Shown here: piece by piece, positions 39,012 through 51,364 of the stretch
Position numbering within the stretch: the first letter of the stretch is position 1
Layout of the letters: each line of letters begins with the position of its first letter
Assembly (NCBI GenBank): GCA_000934665.2
Contig: JYFJ02001846.1
Span: forward strand, 1 to 64,000
Length of the DNA: 64,000 nucleotides
DNA from: Catajapyx aquilonaris
Taxonomy: Eukaryota
Direction of reading: 5' to 3'
The notes under the pieces: generated by a model
What the model was told of the DNA's origin: nothing
Databases searched by the model: none
What the model saw: the letters and a program-made list of their open reading frames with translations, nothing else
Made by a program: the position numbers and the translations under genes

Positions 39012-39266
39012 CATCTGCAAGTGATCAATTGAAGGGTGTGGTGGGAAAAGGTGGCAACCCTAAGTTTTGTAATTTTTTGACCTAAATACCTAGCAATGGT
39101 ATACTTCAAGTTCACGTATCATGCACGATATGGTCACACGGACTAGATAAAAACCCTCATTCTCTATGATTGGTTACCAGACTGCAAACTTCAATTCGCT
39201 CTCCTGAAAAAATTCACTTTTGTGTACCTTTTTCCACCACACCCCTCAATTGATCACTTGCATATG
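39012..39266. mobile_element. MITE with ~41-bp inverted termini
   Basis: CATCTGCAAGTGATCAATTGAAGGGTGTGGTGGGAAAAGGT vs the reverse complement of 39226-39266, 3 mismatches. Confidence 0.8.
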
Positions 39267-39629
39267 GTGATTTACCACCGTCACCAACATCATCGGGCTC
39301 ATCACCATCTCCTGGCTCACTACCACCCGCTCTCGACAATGTTTGAACTCTTTAAATGGCTTGCCATTAGTTAAAATCACTTGAATGATTGTTTTCTTAT
39401 CTTCTTTGCAATCTTGCAATAAACAATGTTTGAACTCTGAAATGGTCATTTTCTCATCTTCCAGCAGGCTTGGGTCAGCAGTACTTGAGGTTGCTGTTGG
39501 GTTGTTGTCGTGTGCAGTAGTCGGTAGAAAGCCATGGCCAGTACTTTGGCCACAAGTGACACAGGTGATCCTGATCCACCGCCTCATTCCTGCCCTACCC
39601 CAATAAGCCTGTCTGCAATTTGTTTTGCG

Positions 39630-39756
39630 CGGGAAATGGTTCCGAGTCACTTCTCGTGATGGCGACAGAATTTCTGTCCAGTGTGCAAATTGTCCCGGCA
39701 AGAAAATTCTGTCTGGTTGCGTCCCCTCGACAGGAAACTTTAGAAGATATTTGCAA
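39630..39756 (+). pseudogene. BED zinc-finger exon of a hAT transposase
   Basis: KWFRVTSRDGDRISVQCANCPGKKILSGCVPSTGNFRRYLQ then GT donor. Confidence 0.6.
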
Positions 39757-40769
39757 GTAAATAGCCTACACATTGGTTTAATATTTATAGACATTTTAAT
39801 AGGGAATATAATTATTAGCCTGAGCGGTTATATTTATATGACAAGGAGATAAAACTTAGCTACTTAGGCCTATTTCTCAATATCTATGCATAGCCATGCT
39901 GTTGCATAATTTTAAAAAAAACATCAATAATATAACAGGCTAGACTTGCTACGGAAATGCTTCCAGATCTTCCTCTATATCTGATACGGTATTTAATATA
40001 TGATATGATTGATATGTATAATTGTAGTGCTCCCCTCAGTAATGTATTTGGTCTGGGGAGTGAAATTAAATAAAATTAATTCAAAAAAATGGCAAAGCAG
40101 ATTTTTACCAGCAAGGGGTTTTAGAATTAACGCACACCCACTGGTGTTTGTTAAGATGTTAACCACGTTACATGCATCTAGCTCACTGCACAGTGTGACA
40201 GACGGACAGTAAGAAGGCCTGAAACGAACGTGTAGGTTATCCATACACACCTAGCCCAAAAGTTTAAGGACATCAAGAGTCAAAGATTGAATAACAGGGG
40301 CACAGCTACCACTTCGACACCATTTTCTACGCGTAACGACGTATTGGTGTCTGACAAACATGTTCAGTGCCACATGAATGTGTCAACGTGCATATGCCAA
40401 GATGATGCTTCCTTCAGTATGCCTCCGATCGTGAAATCTGTGACAGAAATTGTTAGGGAATACCCGAGCGTAAGTTATATAAACAGTTAATGTTGTTAAA
40501 CTTTCTAAAAGACCAGTGTAGGCCTTTTGATTATCTTTTTCTTATCTATGCTATGTGTGACCGTACGAGTTTTGTCCCATCAGACTGTTACACCCAAGAT
40601 CTAGAATACTCGAAAGGTCAGCCATAGCGCAGCTCGGGCCTGTGCTCCTCTCACATTCCCGGTGAATTAAACGTCACGCGGTGACCCGGTTCTGGGTTCT
40701 CCTACATTCCCAAATATACTTGGTTCTTCTTTTGTCCGCGAATGCTGCCTGATAATGTTTTAGCAGACA

Positions 40770-41410
40770 TAAGCCCCCTGAACGAAATTTTGAGTAAAAC
40801 AGACGGTGGGGATTTAGCAATAGCTTTCAGATTCAGTGAACACTTGCTGACGGTACGGAGTACTGAAAGGCAGAGAGTGAAATGTGCTGTCAAACTGCTA
40901 TTCGAGAGTGTGTCCAAAGCTGTCAATATTTTTTTGGTAACAAAAACGGCCTACATTTTTTTGGCTGCATATGGCAAATGGGAAGTGGCCACGCACGAGC
41001 ACACCCAACTGCCGTGGACTTCAAACACAGAGTAAAACTGTTCATACTTGGTAGGCAAACCTCACTTGTTTCTAATAAATTCAATTCGAGCGCATAAGAT
41101 GACATGCCAGGAGTGTATAACGAGTGGTGGGTGTCCTTTGAAGGAAGCGTCTCCAGAACCAGAAGTTCCGAATATCCCTGACTGAAGTAGCTGCCTTTCT
41201 GGTGAAATTTGTGCGTCCGTTGCATATGATAGTGGGAGGGAAAAGGAAGTGACAAAAAACACACTGTACCTTGTTAATGAGGCAGAAGGGCTAGCTTACC
41301 TAGGAGGAGCTAATTTAAAACCAAGTATCCAGAACTGGGATTTGTATGCCAGGCAGGAGACATAATGTCATGGATATCGTATAAGAGTTATGGGGGGCTA
41401 CGAAAGCCCA
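40770..41410 (+). pseudogene. P-element transposase remnant
   Basis: DLAIAFRFSEHLLTVRSTERQRVKCAVKLL..SVSKAV; later EGLAYLGG and WISYKSYGGLRKP. Confidence 0.75.
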
Positions 41411-43884
41411 CGTGCGAATTTATTGCACGAAAATTAAGCGAATAAAAGCCTAGATTTGTTTCGCATGGAATATTTTCACCCAAATAGGTATGGCATAAGA
41501 TATCGGGACCTTTACGCGTATGGATTGGTTAACCTTCTTTTTTACCCGCAGCTTTGGACAGTATACACTGGAACCTGCGCTGATAAGGCGCATGCCATGG
41601 AAATATATCGCTCTCGTTTCACATCGGAGCCCCATTAAATGTGGACTCCTGTGAAGTTAGTGGCAGCAGAATCGGATTAGCTGAGCTACAGGTTGCTTTT
41701 TCTCCAGTCCAGAAACTTAATTTTCTCACTGCTGATTATGTCCCAGACGTAAGAGGTAAAGAGTGCAGGTGGAGAAACTCACACCAGCAAGCCCGATTTG
41801 TTTGGTGCCCTGGAATAAGCAAGGAGATAGGTGAAAAGGGAACGACAAACAGCTGCTGAAGTACGAATGTCCCATACAGCATATGAAATCCCAGAAGTGC
41901 TTGGTTTTCAACATGGCCAATCAACGAGTCTCAAAACTCGCCTTAGAGAAGGGAATTTCTCAGTGTGGGAATTGCAACCACTCGCAACGCCAAATTTGGT
42001 ACAAACTTAAAAATCCGATATCGACCCCAGAGACGTGAAGACGCCTGACGCCTGACTCACATGTTCCTATCAGTTATTTGTCCCCAAAATCAAAAGTTAT
42101 CCGCCGACGTAACTACACAATGACCCATGTAAGGCTAATTTTAAGGGAGTGTAGGGGCATTCCCCTGGATTTCTATAAACACACCCACAAACTTCTTCAT
42201 TCATAGATATAGGTAACCTGCTTGTTGTTGTCGACAACATATTAGCGTAGTGGTACGATTACGTCATCTTTGCGTCCTTTTCTTGCTTCAGATCGTTACC
42301 GACATGGCATGGAAGTCGCAGGTCGTCGAGGGTACATTCGCCAAAGCAACAAGGGACCTTCACTTGATCGAGGAGTTCACGAATGTGCACCTGTTACACT
42401 TTCGAAATGTGCTTTTGTGGAAACTAATTAAAGGACGAATTAACGAATTTTTGAGGGCCCGCGGAGAACGGCTTGGTCGATGAGGTGCAAGGGTGCGTCC
42501 GTATTGCATATTCAGTGTCTGTCGTTCAATATGTTGGGTCTCCCTTCATAGGGGATTCCAGTACATTGATAGCGAGTGATTTGAGTTACGCCTTAATATG
42601 TAAAATAGACTGGGTTGCAACTATGGCCATATTAGAAAGAAACAAAAGAAACCTATGAAGAAGTCTGAAGATTTTTCAAATTTACCAATACACCTTCTGG
42701 AAAATTCGCCATGGCCACTCCGTTGCAAATAATTATTGGGCCGCAATTTCTTTTGTCAGGCCTGGAGGACATGACAATGGACTCGTTTTATTTTCACTTC
42801 CAGGCCAGCATGGACCTACTGAAGGAGGGACAGTTTACATGTCAATCGTGTCCAGATTTGGTACTAGTGAACAGATTAGAATGAATGTAGCACCATTTCA
42901 CACATGGAAACATCAAGATTGATACGAGGGTGGAGGAAATAACAGGGGAAGCCCCAGAAGTCGAAAAGCAGGTGAAAATATTTGTCTTGCACACCACATG
43001 GAGTCTCGCGCAAACGCACCAACAAGGGTTCAATTCAACAGAGAATGTGGTCAAGGCGGGGGAGGCGATTCTGAAGGTCCTGTCCAAAAATGGCTTCTCA
43101 CACGGTGTTCAAAAACTGGCAGAAATGGTGGTAAGTGTATTCAAGCGGGGGGCGACTACTTTGAAAAAGACCACCAAAATTATCACCCGACAGAATAAAA
43201 TTTGCTCACAAAAAAATCAGCGCCATTCTTTATTGAACCGCCTCGTATTATATATTCAACAAATCAAATTCTTAAAAATGAACTAGACGGACACCTGTAG
43301 TATGTCTTTCCTGGGAAATTCACTTTTAGTGACATAGTCTGGCTTTTTTTTTTTAAAAAAAAAAACCCTAATTTCCCCGTCTGTAGGCGTGATCCCATAA
43401 GCTTTGCGTTGAGAGCGTTGGATACTAAACCATGAGAGAGATTTGATATTCCCATTCGCCGACATATTCAAAAAGGAAAATCACCCAACCACCACCAACC
43501 ATAACCTCGTGGAAAAAGTCATACCAGATTGTAAAAGAGCGTCTACAGGAAGGCTTCAAGGGCGATCGCACAGATGGCGCTTGGGTGGGGGACGTGTCTG
43601 TAGTTCGCTCTCCTCTGGGATGCTTATCCGTCGGCACAGAAATCGTAGTATCGTTATATATATATAATACTCTAGAAGCGACGCGCGGCGAGAGGCACGT
43701 AAATAGGGCGGCCATGACAGTAAGGTCATCCGTCATGGCGGCTGCCTTGCCTGGAATGTAGATTCACGCCGCATAATCAGCTGTTTGAGTGTTTGTGTCG
43801 GCTGTCGACTGTCATAGGCATTGTGTTGCAGCATTGAGGTGCCGTACTGGCTACCGCTGGCACTACCACGACTTAGACTTAGCT

Positions 43885-44150
43885 ATGGTACGCGCCTGCG
43901 CTGCATTTGGGTGCAACAACCGCGATACCTTAGGTAACAAGCAGCGGGGCATTACTTTTCATATGTAAGTACAGTATAGAAATGTGGGTTTTAAAAAAGC
44001 CATGCTCTCTGCACTTTTAATTACTATGTGCAAAATCTGACGACACGCTGACTATCATCACTCTGCATTACTTTTGTACAGGTTTCCAAAAGATGTCCCT
44101 GGGAGACGGGATATTCGTAAATTGTGGCTCCACAATGTTCGCCGAGTGGA
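43885..44150 (+). pseudogene. THAP-domain exons (transposon N-terminus)
   Basis: MVRACAAFGCNNR...GITFH, an intron, then RFPKD. Confidence 0.8.
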
Positions 44151-44162
44151 AAGTGGCAGTAA

Positions 44163-44520
44163 ATCCGAATACAACAAGCCTCCAGGCCATCTTCAAGCAG
44201 CTTGTCGTTGGTAAGTGACACACAGATTTATTCACACTATAATAGAACTATAGTAGAATTTGACGAACTCCGATGAAGCAGATGCGTATGATTTTTTGGG
44301 GCAACAGGTACCTGCCCTACTCCGGCAGCTACCAGCCGATGACAGCCTGGACGTCCAGGATGACATTTTGAGACTCATCAACCACAGGAGGAGACTGCTA
44401 AAAAGGCCCACTACCCCAGGCAGCGAGGGCAGCATCGCCAGCCTTCGCCGCGAGTGTACCACACAGACCCTACCCTCCACTGATGTGTTGAGCATGGCAT
44501 GTGCGGATTTGTTTGGGTGA
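44163..44520 (+). pseudogene. C-terminal (BESS-like) part of a Harbinger MADF accessory gene
   Basis: DAYDFLGQQVPALLRQLPADDSLDVQDDILRLI; the first 30 bp match 56381-56411. Confidence 0.55.
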
Positions 44521-44769
44521 CAATAAAACGCAGTGGACATGAACATGAATGTATCTTGGTGAAATGAGCCATTATAGCAAACCCCTTTTGTTTTGGTTGG
44601 GTAACATGCACTCTTATTTTAGGAAAGGATTTCCGGCTAGTTGGACTTTTATATGAGGCTGAACACATTTTGGAAAATGGATTACAGTGAACGACAGGTT
44701 TTCATTCGCCGGTGCATTAACAAACTTCCCCAAAAAGAGGTGTAGGTATTCCGGATGAACTGGCAGTAG

Positions 44770-44900
44770 AAGGCTTTTCAAGTATGCTCCAGTTAATGCG
44801 TGTGACGTTGAAAGTTCATTTTCTGCATACCAAGATATATTACAAGCGTCGCAGACTAACGAACGAAAATATGGAACACCTGCTCGTTTGCTACTGTTCT
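44770..44900 (+). pseudogene. hAT (CGGBP/hAT19-like) dimerisation-domain fragment
   Basis: FKYAPVNACDVESSFSAY...RRRLTNENMEHLLVCYC. Confidence 0.7.
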
Positions 44901-45049
44901 GAAAAGTTCCATAGCCAAGAGCAGGCTGTAATACTGTACAGGAATGAAAATAAATTAGAACCAGCTTTGATTTAGAGTGCCTACTTAAGAGCCTATCTTG
45001 ACTGTTTTCAGGGTCTAAAACCTATTTTATGGTTTTTAGAACCCGGAAA

Positions 45050-45285
45050 TCCGTTCTCTATTCATGTGCTATTGGCTTTCCTGCAAATCGAGACATTGTT
45101 GGATACTGAAAAATATCATTTTATCAATGAACAAATTCAGCACACATGTGCTAAGTACGCAGAATTGAATGCTGCAGCTATGATCGCCGAAATAATTCGC
45201 CTTCGACGCCACATTGCCTTGTATAAGGAAGTCAATCCCAATGACCAGATTGATCACTGGACAGCTTTAGACTTGCATCGATGGG
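45050..45285 (+). pseudogene. hAT transposase C-terminal fragment
   Basis: AFLQIETLL...KYAELNAAAMIAEIIRLRRH. Confidence 0.4.
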
Positions 45286-45349
45286 GTACAAGTGGAATTG
45301 AATTTGGAAGATGTGGAAGAATGGAAGGAGAAAGTGGCCAGGGTTAGTT

Positions 45350-46060
45350 GGGCGTATGCCCAGAAAGACATCTTTAATTGTGATGAAACTGGATTTTTTT
45401 AAAAAAAAAGATGTATGCCAAGCAAAACTCTGGCATTGAAGAATGATGTTTGCACAGGCGGTAAGCTGTCAAAGGAGCGCCTCACTGTGCTGTTCTGCTG
45501 CTCACTGACGGGAGAAAAAGAAAAACCTGTGGTCATTGGCAAAGCCAACGGCCAAGATGTTTCAAGAAGCTGAATTTGGCTGATCTCCCAGTGGCGTGGT
45601 GGGCAAACAAAAAGGCTTGGATGACAGCAGAAATAATGGAAAACTGGCTACGCAGTTTCAATAACAAGATGAAGAGGATTTAATTTACTATAATGTTGGC
45701 AGATGGCAGGGCAGCTCTATTCAATCTTAGGAAGTTTATAACTAATATGAATAATACGAGTATAATAATCCTGCTGCTGGACAACGCCACATGCCATCCT
45801 AAAATCACCCTGAGCAACGTGCAGATACTTTTTCTACCACCAAACACAACCAGCAAAACTCAACCCCTTGATCAAGGAATTATTCTTTCATTCATTCAAA
45901 GTGTACTATCGGGGAAAGCTGCTGCGGGATATTATTTCTCGCATGGGTTCTTGCAACAATGTCACCGACATTTCTAGGCCATCAACGTGCTGGATGCCAT
46001 TTGGTACATTGACGCAGCAAGTGAAAGTGGACACCATAAAAAATTGTTTCCGAAAAGCAG
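45350..46060 (+). pseudogene. pogo/Tigger DDE transposase remnant
   Basis: IFNCDETG, GGKLSKERLTVLFC, NKKAWMT, ILLLLDNATCHP, FLPPNTTSKTQPLDQGII; frameshifts and a ~85-bp insertion. Confidence 0.92.
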
Positions 46061-46264
46061 GTGAGACGGCCTGATATGGCTGGCACGGGCGAGGTCACCG
46101 ATGGCAACGAGTGCACAGAAGATTCATCGACCTTGGGCTACGTTCAGGTGGATGAAAATCTCTCAACTTGTGGGGGGTTGGAAGTGTTTAATCGGCCAAT
46201 AGTTAGTGAAGACAGTGGTGAAGATGCATGCCAAACATTTATTGATAATGGACTGGATGCAACA

Positions 46265-46612
46265 GATCGGGTATTTCTACTCAAGGTCATAACTTACAGA
46301 AGCACAGACTATAGGGTAGGATGTTTCATTTGCACAAAGTCAGGAAGGAACACTGACACTGGCTATCCCTGTTTTGAGGAGATTGTCCAAATTGTGGTAG
46401 TTCAAGATGGTACTACTTTTTTGGTGACAAAACCATGGGATTCCATTTATTTACATCCTTACTACCCCTCCTACCATATAGTCCCACATCCTAACTGTGA
46501 TCAGATTTCACTAGTCAACCCAGAGTCGCTTGCTGACCACCATCCACTTGATGCATGGACTGATTACCATCAGAAGAAATTCATCAGCACCAGATACGTC
46601 ATACTTGATTAA
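46265..46612 (+). pseudogene. CACTA/EnSpm transposase C-terminal domain
   Basis: YRSTDYRVGCFIC...PCFEEIVQIVV...YYPSYHI...LADHHPLDAW...ISTRY. Confidence 0.65.
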
Positions 46613-47011
46613 TATGGTAAGGCCGCTATATGGGGGAAAAAACCTGCTTCCATGAGGGACCAAATACAACAGGCCTTAATGAATAGGCTCTAAGAGCTCC
46701 ATTACATGATACTAAAGCAGTATTTCTATCTTATGCATCTACGAGATAAGCCTACACGTTACAAGTACAGTACATGTCTAGACGGTTGCTCCGCTGAACT
46801 GAGGGTAAATAGTTGCACTGCAGAACTTATTCTGCTGTCTTCCATGAAGCGCATTTTTCAAGGTACTAAGTAACACAGCTTTAAGACTCCAGTTAGTTGC
46901 ACATCCAGAAAACTAATGGTTCTGGATGCGGTGCATAATGTAAACAGTCAACTTATTACGAATATTGTGAATTTTGTTGTGGTTAATGTTAACTACGTTT
47001 ATACTTTCAGA

Positions 47012-47165
47012 GGAAAAAATTAATGGGGATGGATTTTTAAGCCTCACGGAAATGGATTTCAAAGAAATGGGGTTAAAAATCGGGCAACGAAAAGACCTAC
47101 AGGCCTTCATAAATTCAGCCCTGTCAGTAGCTCCAAGTTGCTCTTCATCTGCACAGGTTTCTGAG
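47012..47165 (+). pseudogene. SAM-domain exon (EnSpm accessory gene)
   Basis: EEKINGDGFLSLTEMDFKEMGLKIGQRKDL between AG and GT splice sites. Confidence 0.6.
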
Positions 47166-47205
47166 GTAATAATTATGTTCATGTGAAATGAGATCCTTTA
47201 ATGGA

Positions 47206-47507
47206 ACCGAAGCAGTAGTGGTGTAATGGTATGGTGTCCGACTGCTTATCGGGAGGTCCTGGGTTCGAATCCCGGAGGCCGGCGACCCGGATCATGGTTT
47301 TCTGTGGTTTCCCATGGTCATCGCAGGATAATTCCGGGGTCGTTACCGTAATTATAGGCCACAGCCGCTTCCTTCCTTACCTATCCTTGCCTCAATTCCG
47401 ATGAAAAAGTATAGTAAAAATGGAAGGAGTTCCAGACAAAAAAAAGGGAGAAATCCCCCCCTAATAAAGCCTAAAGGGCTGATAATGGGGTATCAATTAT
47501 CAATTAT
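47206..47507 (+). mobile_element. Full-length tRNA-derived SINE
   Basis: A box TGGTGTAATGG (47219), B box GGTTCGAATCC (47262), GGTTTTCTGTGGTTTCCC...GGCCACAGCCGCTTCCTT core, (TATCAAT)2 tail; 13-bp TSD ATCCTTTAATGGA (47193-47205, 47508-47520). Confidence 0.92.
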
Positions 47508-49819
47508 ATCCTTTAATGGATGATTGCTTAACCACTGGAGGTTCTGCACTTTCATTTGAATTGTAATAATTGCAGGATCCCCCTCCAGGCCCAAAGGAGG
47601 CACACAATAAAGAACACACCATCATCCAGGAAAAAGGGACAGTCCGATCAGCACTTACTTGGGAGGTAAATTCCGAACAGAAACTACATACCTCCTGTGT
47701 GCAGTACTGAATTCTAGCAGCGGTGTTTAGGCCATGAAGACGAAATATTAACTTTTGTGTTTCATATTACAGGATTTTCAGATTGAGGACATACTGATGA
47801 ATCATGTGGATGGCAAAATTATTCTTGATTATTCTTGAACCTCGTCCATTCCGTACCAGCATACATTTTATGCAAAAGGTAGTATGTCCTCCCTTGGTAT
47901 TTACGATGAACTAGGTGAGCTGCATTGTCGCTATTTGGTTGCTCAATTTGACTTCCCCTCTCAGCTGATGGTTTGGGTTGTGAAACAAGAGCGAGTTATC
48001 TCGATCATGCATTGTTTGTTGTATAATAATCAGAAAATAGTAGCAAGGTCGGGGAATAATTGTTGCAGCTATTGTGACGACCTTTATGAGTATTTTGTGT
48101 GCTCCATAATAACGTAAGTGTCCGAGTACAGCGTGTCTAATGGCAACCCAATTTAAGTGTGTGCCTATTCTGAGAAGTCATTTTCTTGAATCTGAAAATT
48201 TCCTCCAATTATTTTGAGGTATTTTTTTTCTTTTTTTTTTTTTGGGGGGGGGGGGGGTGTCCATATCCCATTGTCACATGTGAATGCGGCAGCAATCAAT
48301 TTGAACCTCACTTGACATTACTGTCAATCCCACTCCTGATGTCTCTTTACGTTACCAGTGATTGTAATCCTGTCAAACCAATGAAGCTATTGATTCACTT
48401 GCACACTTCTGATTCATATGGATTGTTCTCACCATTATGCAGAGAAATTGTGTTGCACTGAGGTTTCAAATGTAGTTAAATTTCCTCTCGCGGTCATGAC
48501 GGCCTGCTGATGTTTGATAATTCAGTCATTATGGCGCAATAATATTTAAAATAATTAACATGCTCTCTCTAACAGTGCATAAGTTTGATCTTGAAGATGC
48601 ACGACGTATTAAAGCAAGAGACTGTATACTGATCGATGAAACACTTCAATTGTCTGGTGGTCATGGAGGATCACATTTTTTGCTGTGTGATTAGTGTTGG
48701 TGTGTTATTGACTTGGTTCAGACATTTTGTTGTCGTAGAATTTTCACAATTTATTGACATTTTTTCCCTTCAATTATTATCATACGTGGATTCATTATTC
48801 TCATTGGTAGATTTTTTTTTTTTTTGTCCTGCCTGAGCCTGAAAGCCACCAATATTTCGGGTGAATAATAATGCCTCCATGGTGTGCAGTTATCCCGATG
48901 TTTCTTTTCAGTGCATCACTTCGCTTAAGTATGAATCAGAGTGATTAGGTCATAACCTCGTGTAATGAATCCACAACTACTGTTTTCCACTAAAGCCACT
49001 GGTACAGGATGGATCAAGGGTTGGATAAAACCTAATGAACTATAGGTAGTGAGTTGATCCAGCTCTTTTTTGTCTGATAAGAATCATAGCGTTTGTACAC
49101 TGTCATGGTTGACCTTTATTTGGATGCAACCCAGGATGTATGGCCATTGTGAAATGTTTTCCCCAGCTCAAGACAGGACGAGAGGGTACACTTGGCCATG
49201 TAAGTAAAAATATTTCTCTACAAGAAGTCCTGACTCACATTTGCCTAGTCTTCAGATGTTTAATAGTTCTTAATGCAACACAGATTACCTGCAATTGAAT
49301 CTTTTGCCCTGTTACTCATAGAAAATTCCACAATGAATTTATTAATTTATATCCAGTGTTTAAAAAGTGCTTCACTACAGCAAAATTAATTAAATATTGC
49401 TGCAGTTGTTATTATGTGACAGCCTGTATGCGATCATTAGTTTTCAGCAAACATAACTTGCAGCCTATGCTGGCTACAAAATTTGCATTACATTGGAATA
49501 CTTTGCTAAGAACATAGGCCTACTGTTCTCATTCATGTTATTTCGCACAGGAACACTTCTATAATAGATAAAGTGGACAAGGTTTCATAGAGTACGGCTG
49601 AAAACAGCAAGAGCACCTTTGTCCCCAGCAAAGAAAAAAAACAAAAAGCACAACACCAAGCGTACCGGTAATGTAAATATTACTCAAGACTCCGAAGATG
49701 CAGATGATGCTTTAATGGAGGCATCACTGGAACACACTGACTGAAATGGTAGGTTATATAGCATGGTGCCAATAAGAAAGTTGGGTACTGGTTGTTGCAA
49801 TCATTAATGGCATATAGAC

Positions 49820-50232
49820 GGGGAGCAAAATCTGAAAAGGTGCCGAAGGTCCTTGGAAAGCAGTTGGGTGTAACTTTACACAAATGTGGTTTACTGCTCA
49901 AGACAGAGCTGCCTATTTTTGGAGCTTCTCCAGACGGAATTACCAGCGAATTCATTGTAGAAGTGAAGTGTCCTTCCATTGAGGAAACATACAAGAGATA
50001 CTTCACCAGCCAGGGGTCACCAACCCCAAATGTTTATGCACAAATGCAACTTCAAATGCATATGGCAGGGAAGAAGAAGGGCGTGTTTTGTGTTGCAAAT
50101 GCAGATTTTAAAACGTCAAAAAACATCACCCAAATCTTGGTGGACTACGATGATGATCACGCAATGGTACTTATAACTAGTGCAACTTTGTTCTGGAAAA
50201 CTTACATTTTTCCAATGATGATACAACCATAA
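49820..50232 (+). pseudogene. YqaJ/lambda-exonuclease-like PD-(D/E)XK domain of an ISL2EU-type transposon
   Basis: CGLLLKTELPIFGASPDGITSEFIVEVKCP...YAQMQLQM...GVFCV. Confidence 0.85.
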
Positions 50233-50339
50233 AATGTGCCTCCAACATTTCAAGTCAAGTTATATGTTGCGATATGTTATATGTTGGTGATCTAAGACTA
50301 TTGCACCACTATTGCACTACTTCACTAGGGGACCTTGCA

Positions 50340-50640
50340 TATTGATGAGACCTCCTGCTATAGCCTATTCACAGCATGGCACCAAGTGACAGTCAATACA
50401 AGAATAGGGGACCAGCATGTTAACTCCCTGAAGCGCCTGACGACTCTTTCAATATGGACTCGCAAGCTGGCAACCCGCCTGCACAACCTTGCTTCTGCCT
50501 TGCTCATCTTCTCCCCTGGTACTACACTTGGAGGACGAGCACGTGAACACCCCTTGGCATGTAACAGGCCCCCCACATGCTTGAATCCTCTGTCAGCCAT
50601 AACAACTGATCCAGGGGTCAGACAATCCAAGTACCCACAA
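50340..50640 (-). pseudogene. ISL2EU/IS4EU DDE transposase C-terminus, convergent with the YqaJ gene
   Basis: VMADRGFKH...RPPS...RRVASLRVHIERVVRRFRE. Confidence 0.85.
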
Positions 50641-50917
50641 ATTTGGTTGGCAGGTCGGTTCGCCCCGGGGCGACCTAACCGCCCTCCAAACCGAGCTCTG
50701 GACCGGACACTTACTCAAACGCACACGCAGGCATCAGGAATAGCTTACAACAACGAACAAATTTACGACCCTGCCGGGGCACATTCTATAACATCATTTT
50801 CGGGTTCATTTCACTTCGCGTGACGTCAACATTTTCGAGACAAACAGTGACGTCACCATTTCCCTTCGAAAAAACCCTAATTACTCCGGAACTGAAACTG
50901 ATTTCTTAAAACGGAAT

Positions 50918-50950
50918 CCTATCCTAACCTAACCTAACTAAACCTAACCA
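50918..50950. repeat. Short degenerate (CCTAA)n array
   Basis: CCTATCCTAACCTAACCTAACTAAACCTAACC; reverse complement of arthropod TTAGG. Confidence 0.6.
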
Positions 50951-51364
50951 ACCACCCGCCTTACAGAGTCATGCCTGCTCCTCACAGCTCTTGCACATTA
51001 GCTTGTTGAGGATCCCCCATCCCACCCGCAGAGCAGAGAAGCGGATCTCCGAGCTCGAGTCGGCGCCTTTTCCAGACCACCAGAGGCCTGTTAAGCAGCA
51101 CCCCCCCCCGGATGGTTCCTGTTAAGACCTCCACTCCAGCCACTTCCGTCCCTGAGAAGAAGCCAAGGAGGAGGGGCTGCCGGGCTGGTAAAAAATACAG
51201 GAAGAACCAGGCCGACAAAGATGCCAGCCAAGCCAGACGGGCGCAAGAACTTTTCCCCAAAGAGGCCCAAAGGGAGGTGTTCAACCGCCAATACAACAAG
51301 CGCCTTGCCATCAAGCAAGAAGCGGATGTTCGGCTCCAATACCAACTGTGCCGCGGCGGGGGAG

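Noticed and set aside
40451..40706. Solo LTR (TGTTAGG...CCTACA)
   Set aside because: Plausible termini but no matching TSD and no second copy
47211..47280. tRNA gene
   Set aside because: A/B boxes are present, but there is no proper acceptor stem and it is followed by a SINE body, tail and TSD
50918..50950. Telomere or interstitial telomeric site
   Set aside because: Only ~6 degenerate CCTAA units; such tracts are common inside arthropod DNA transposons
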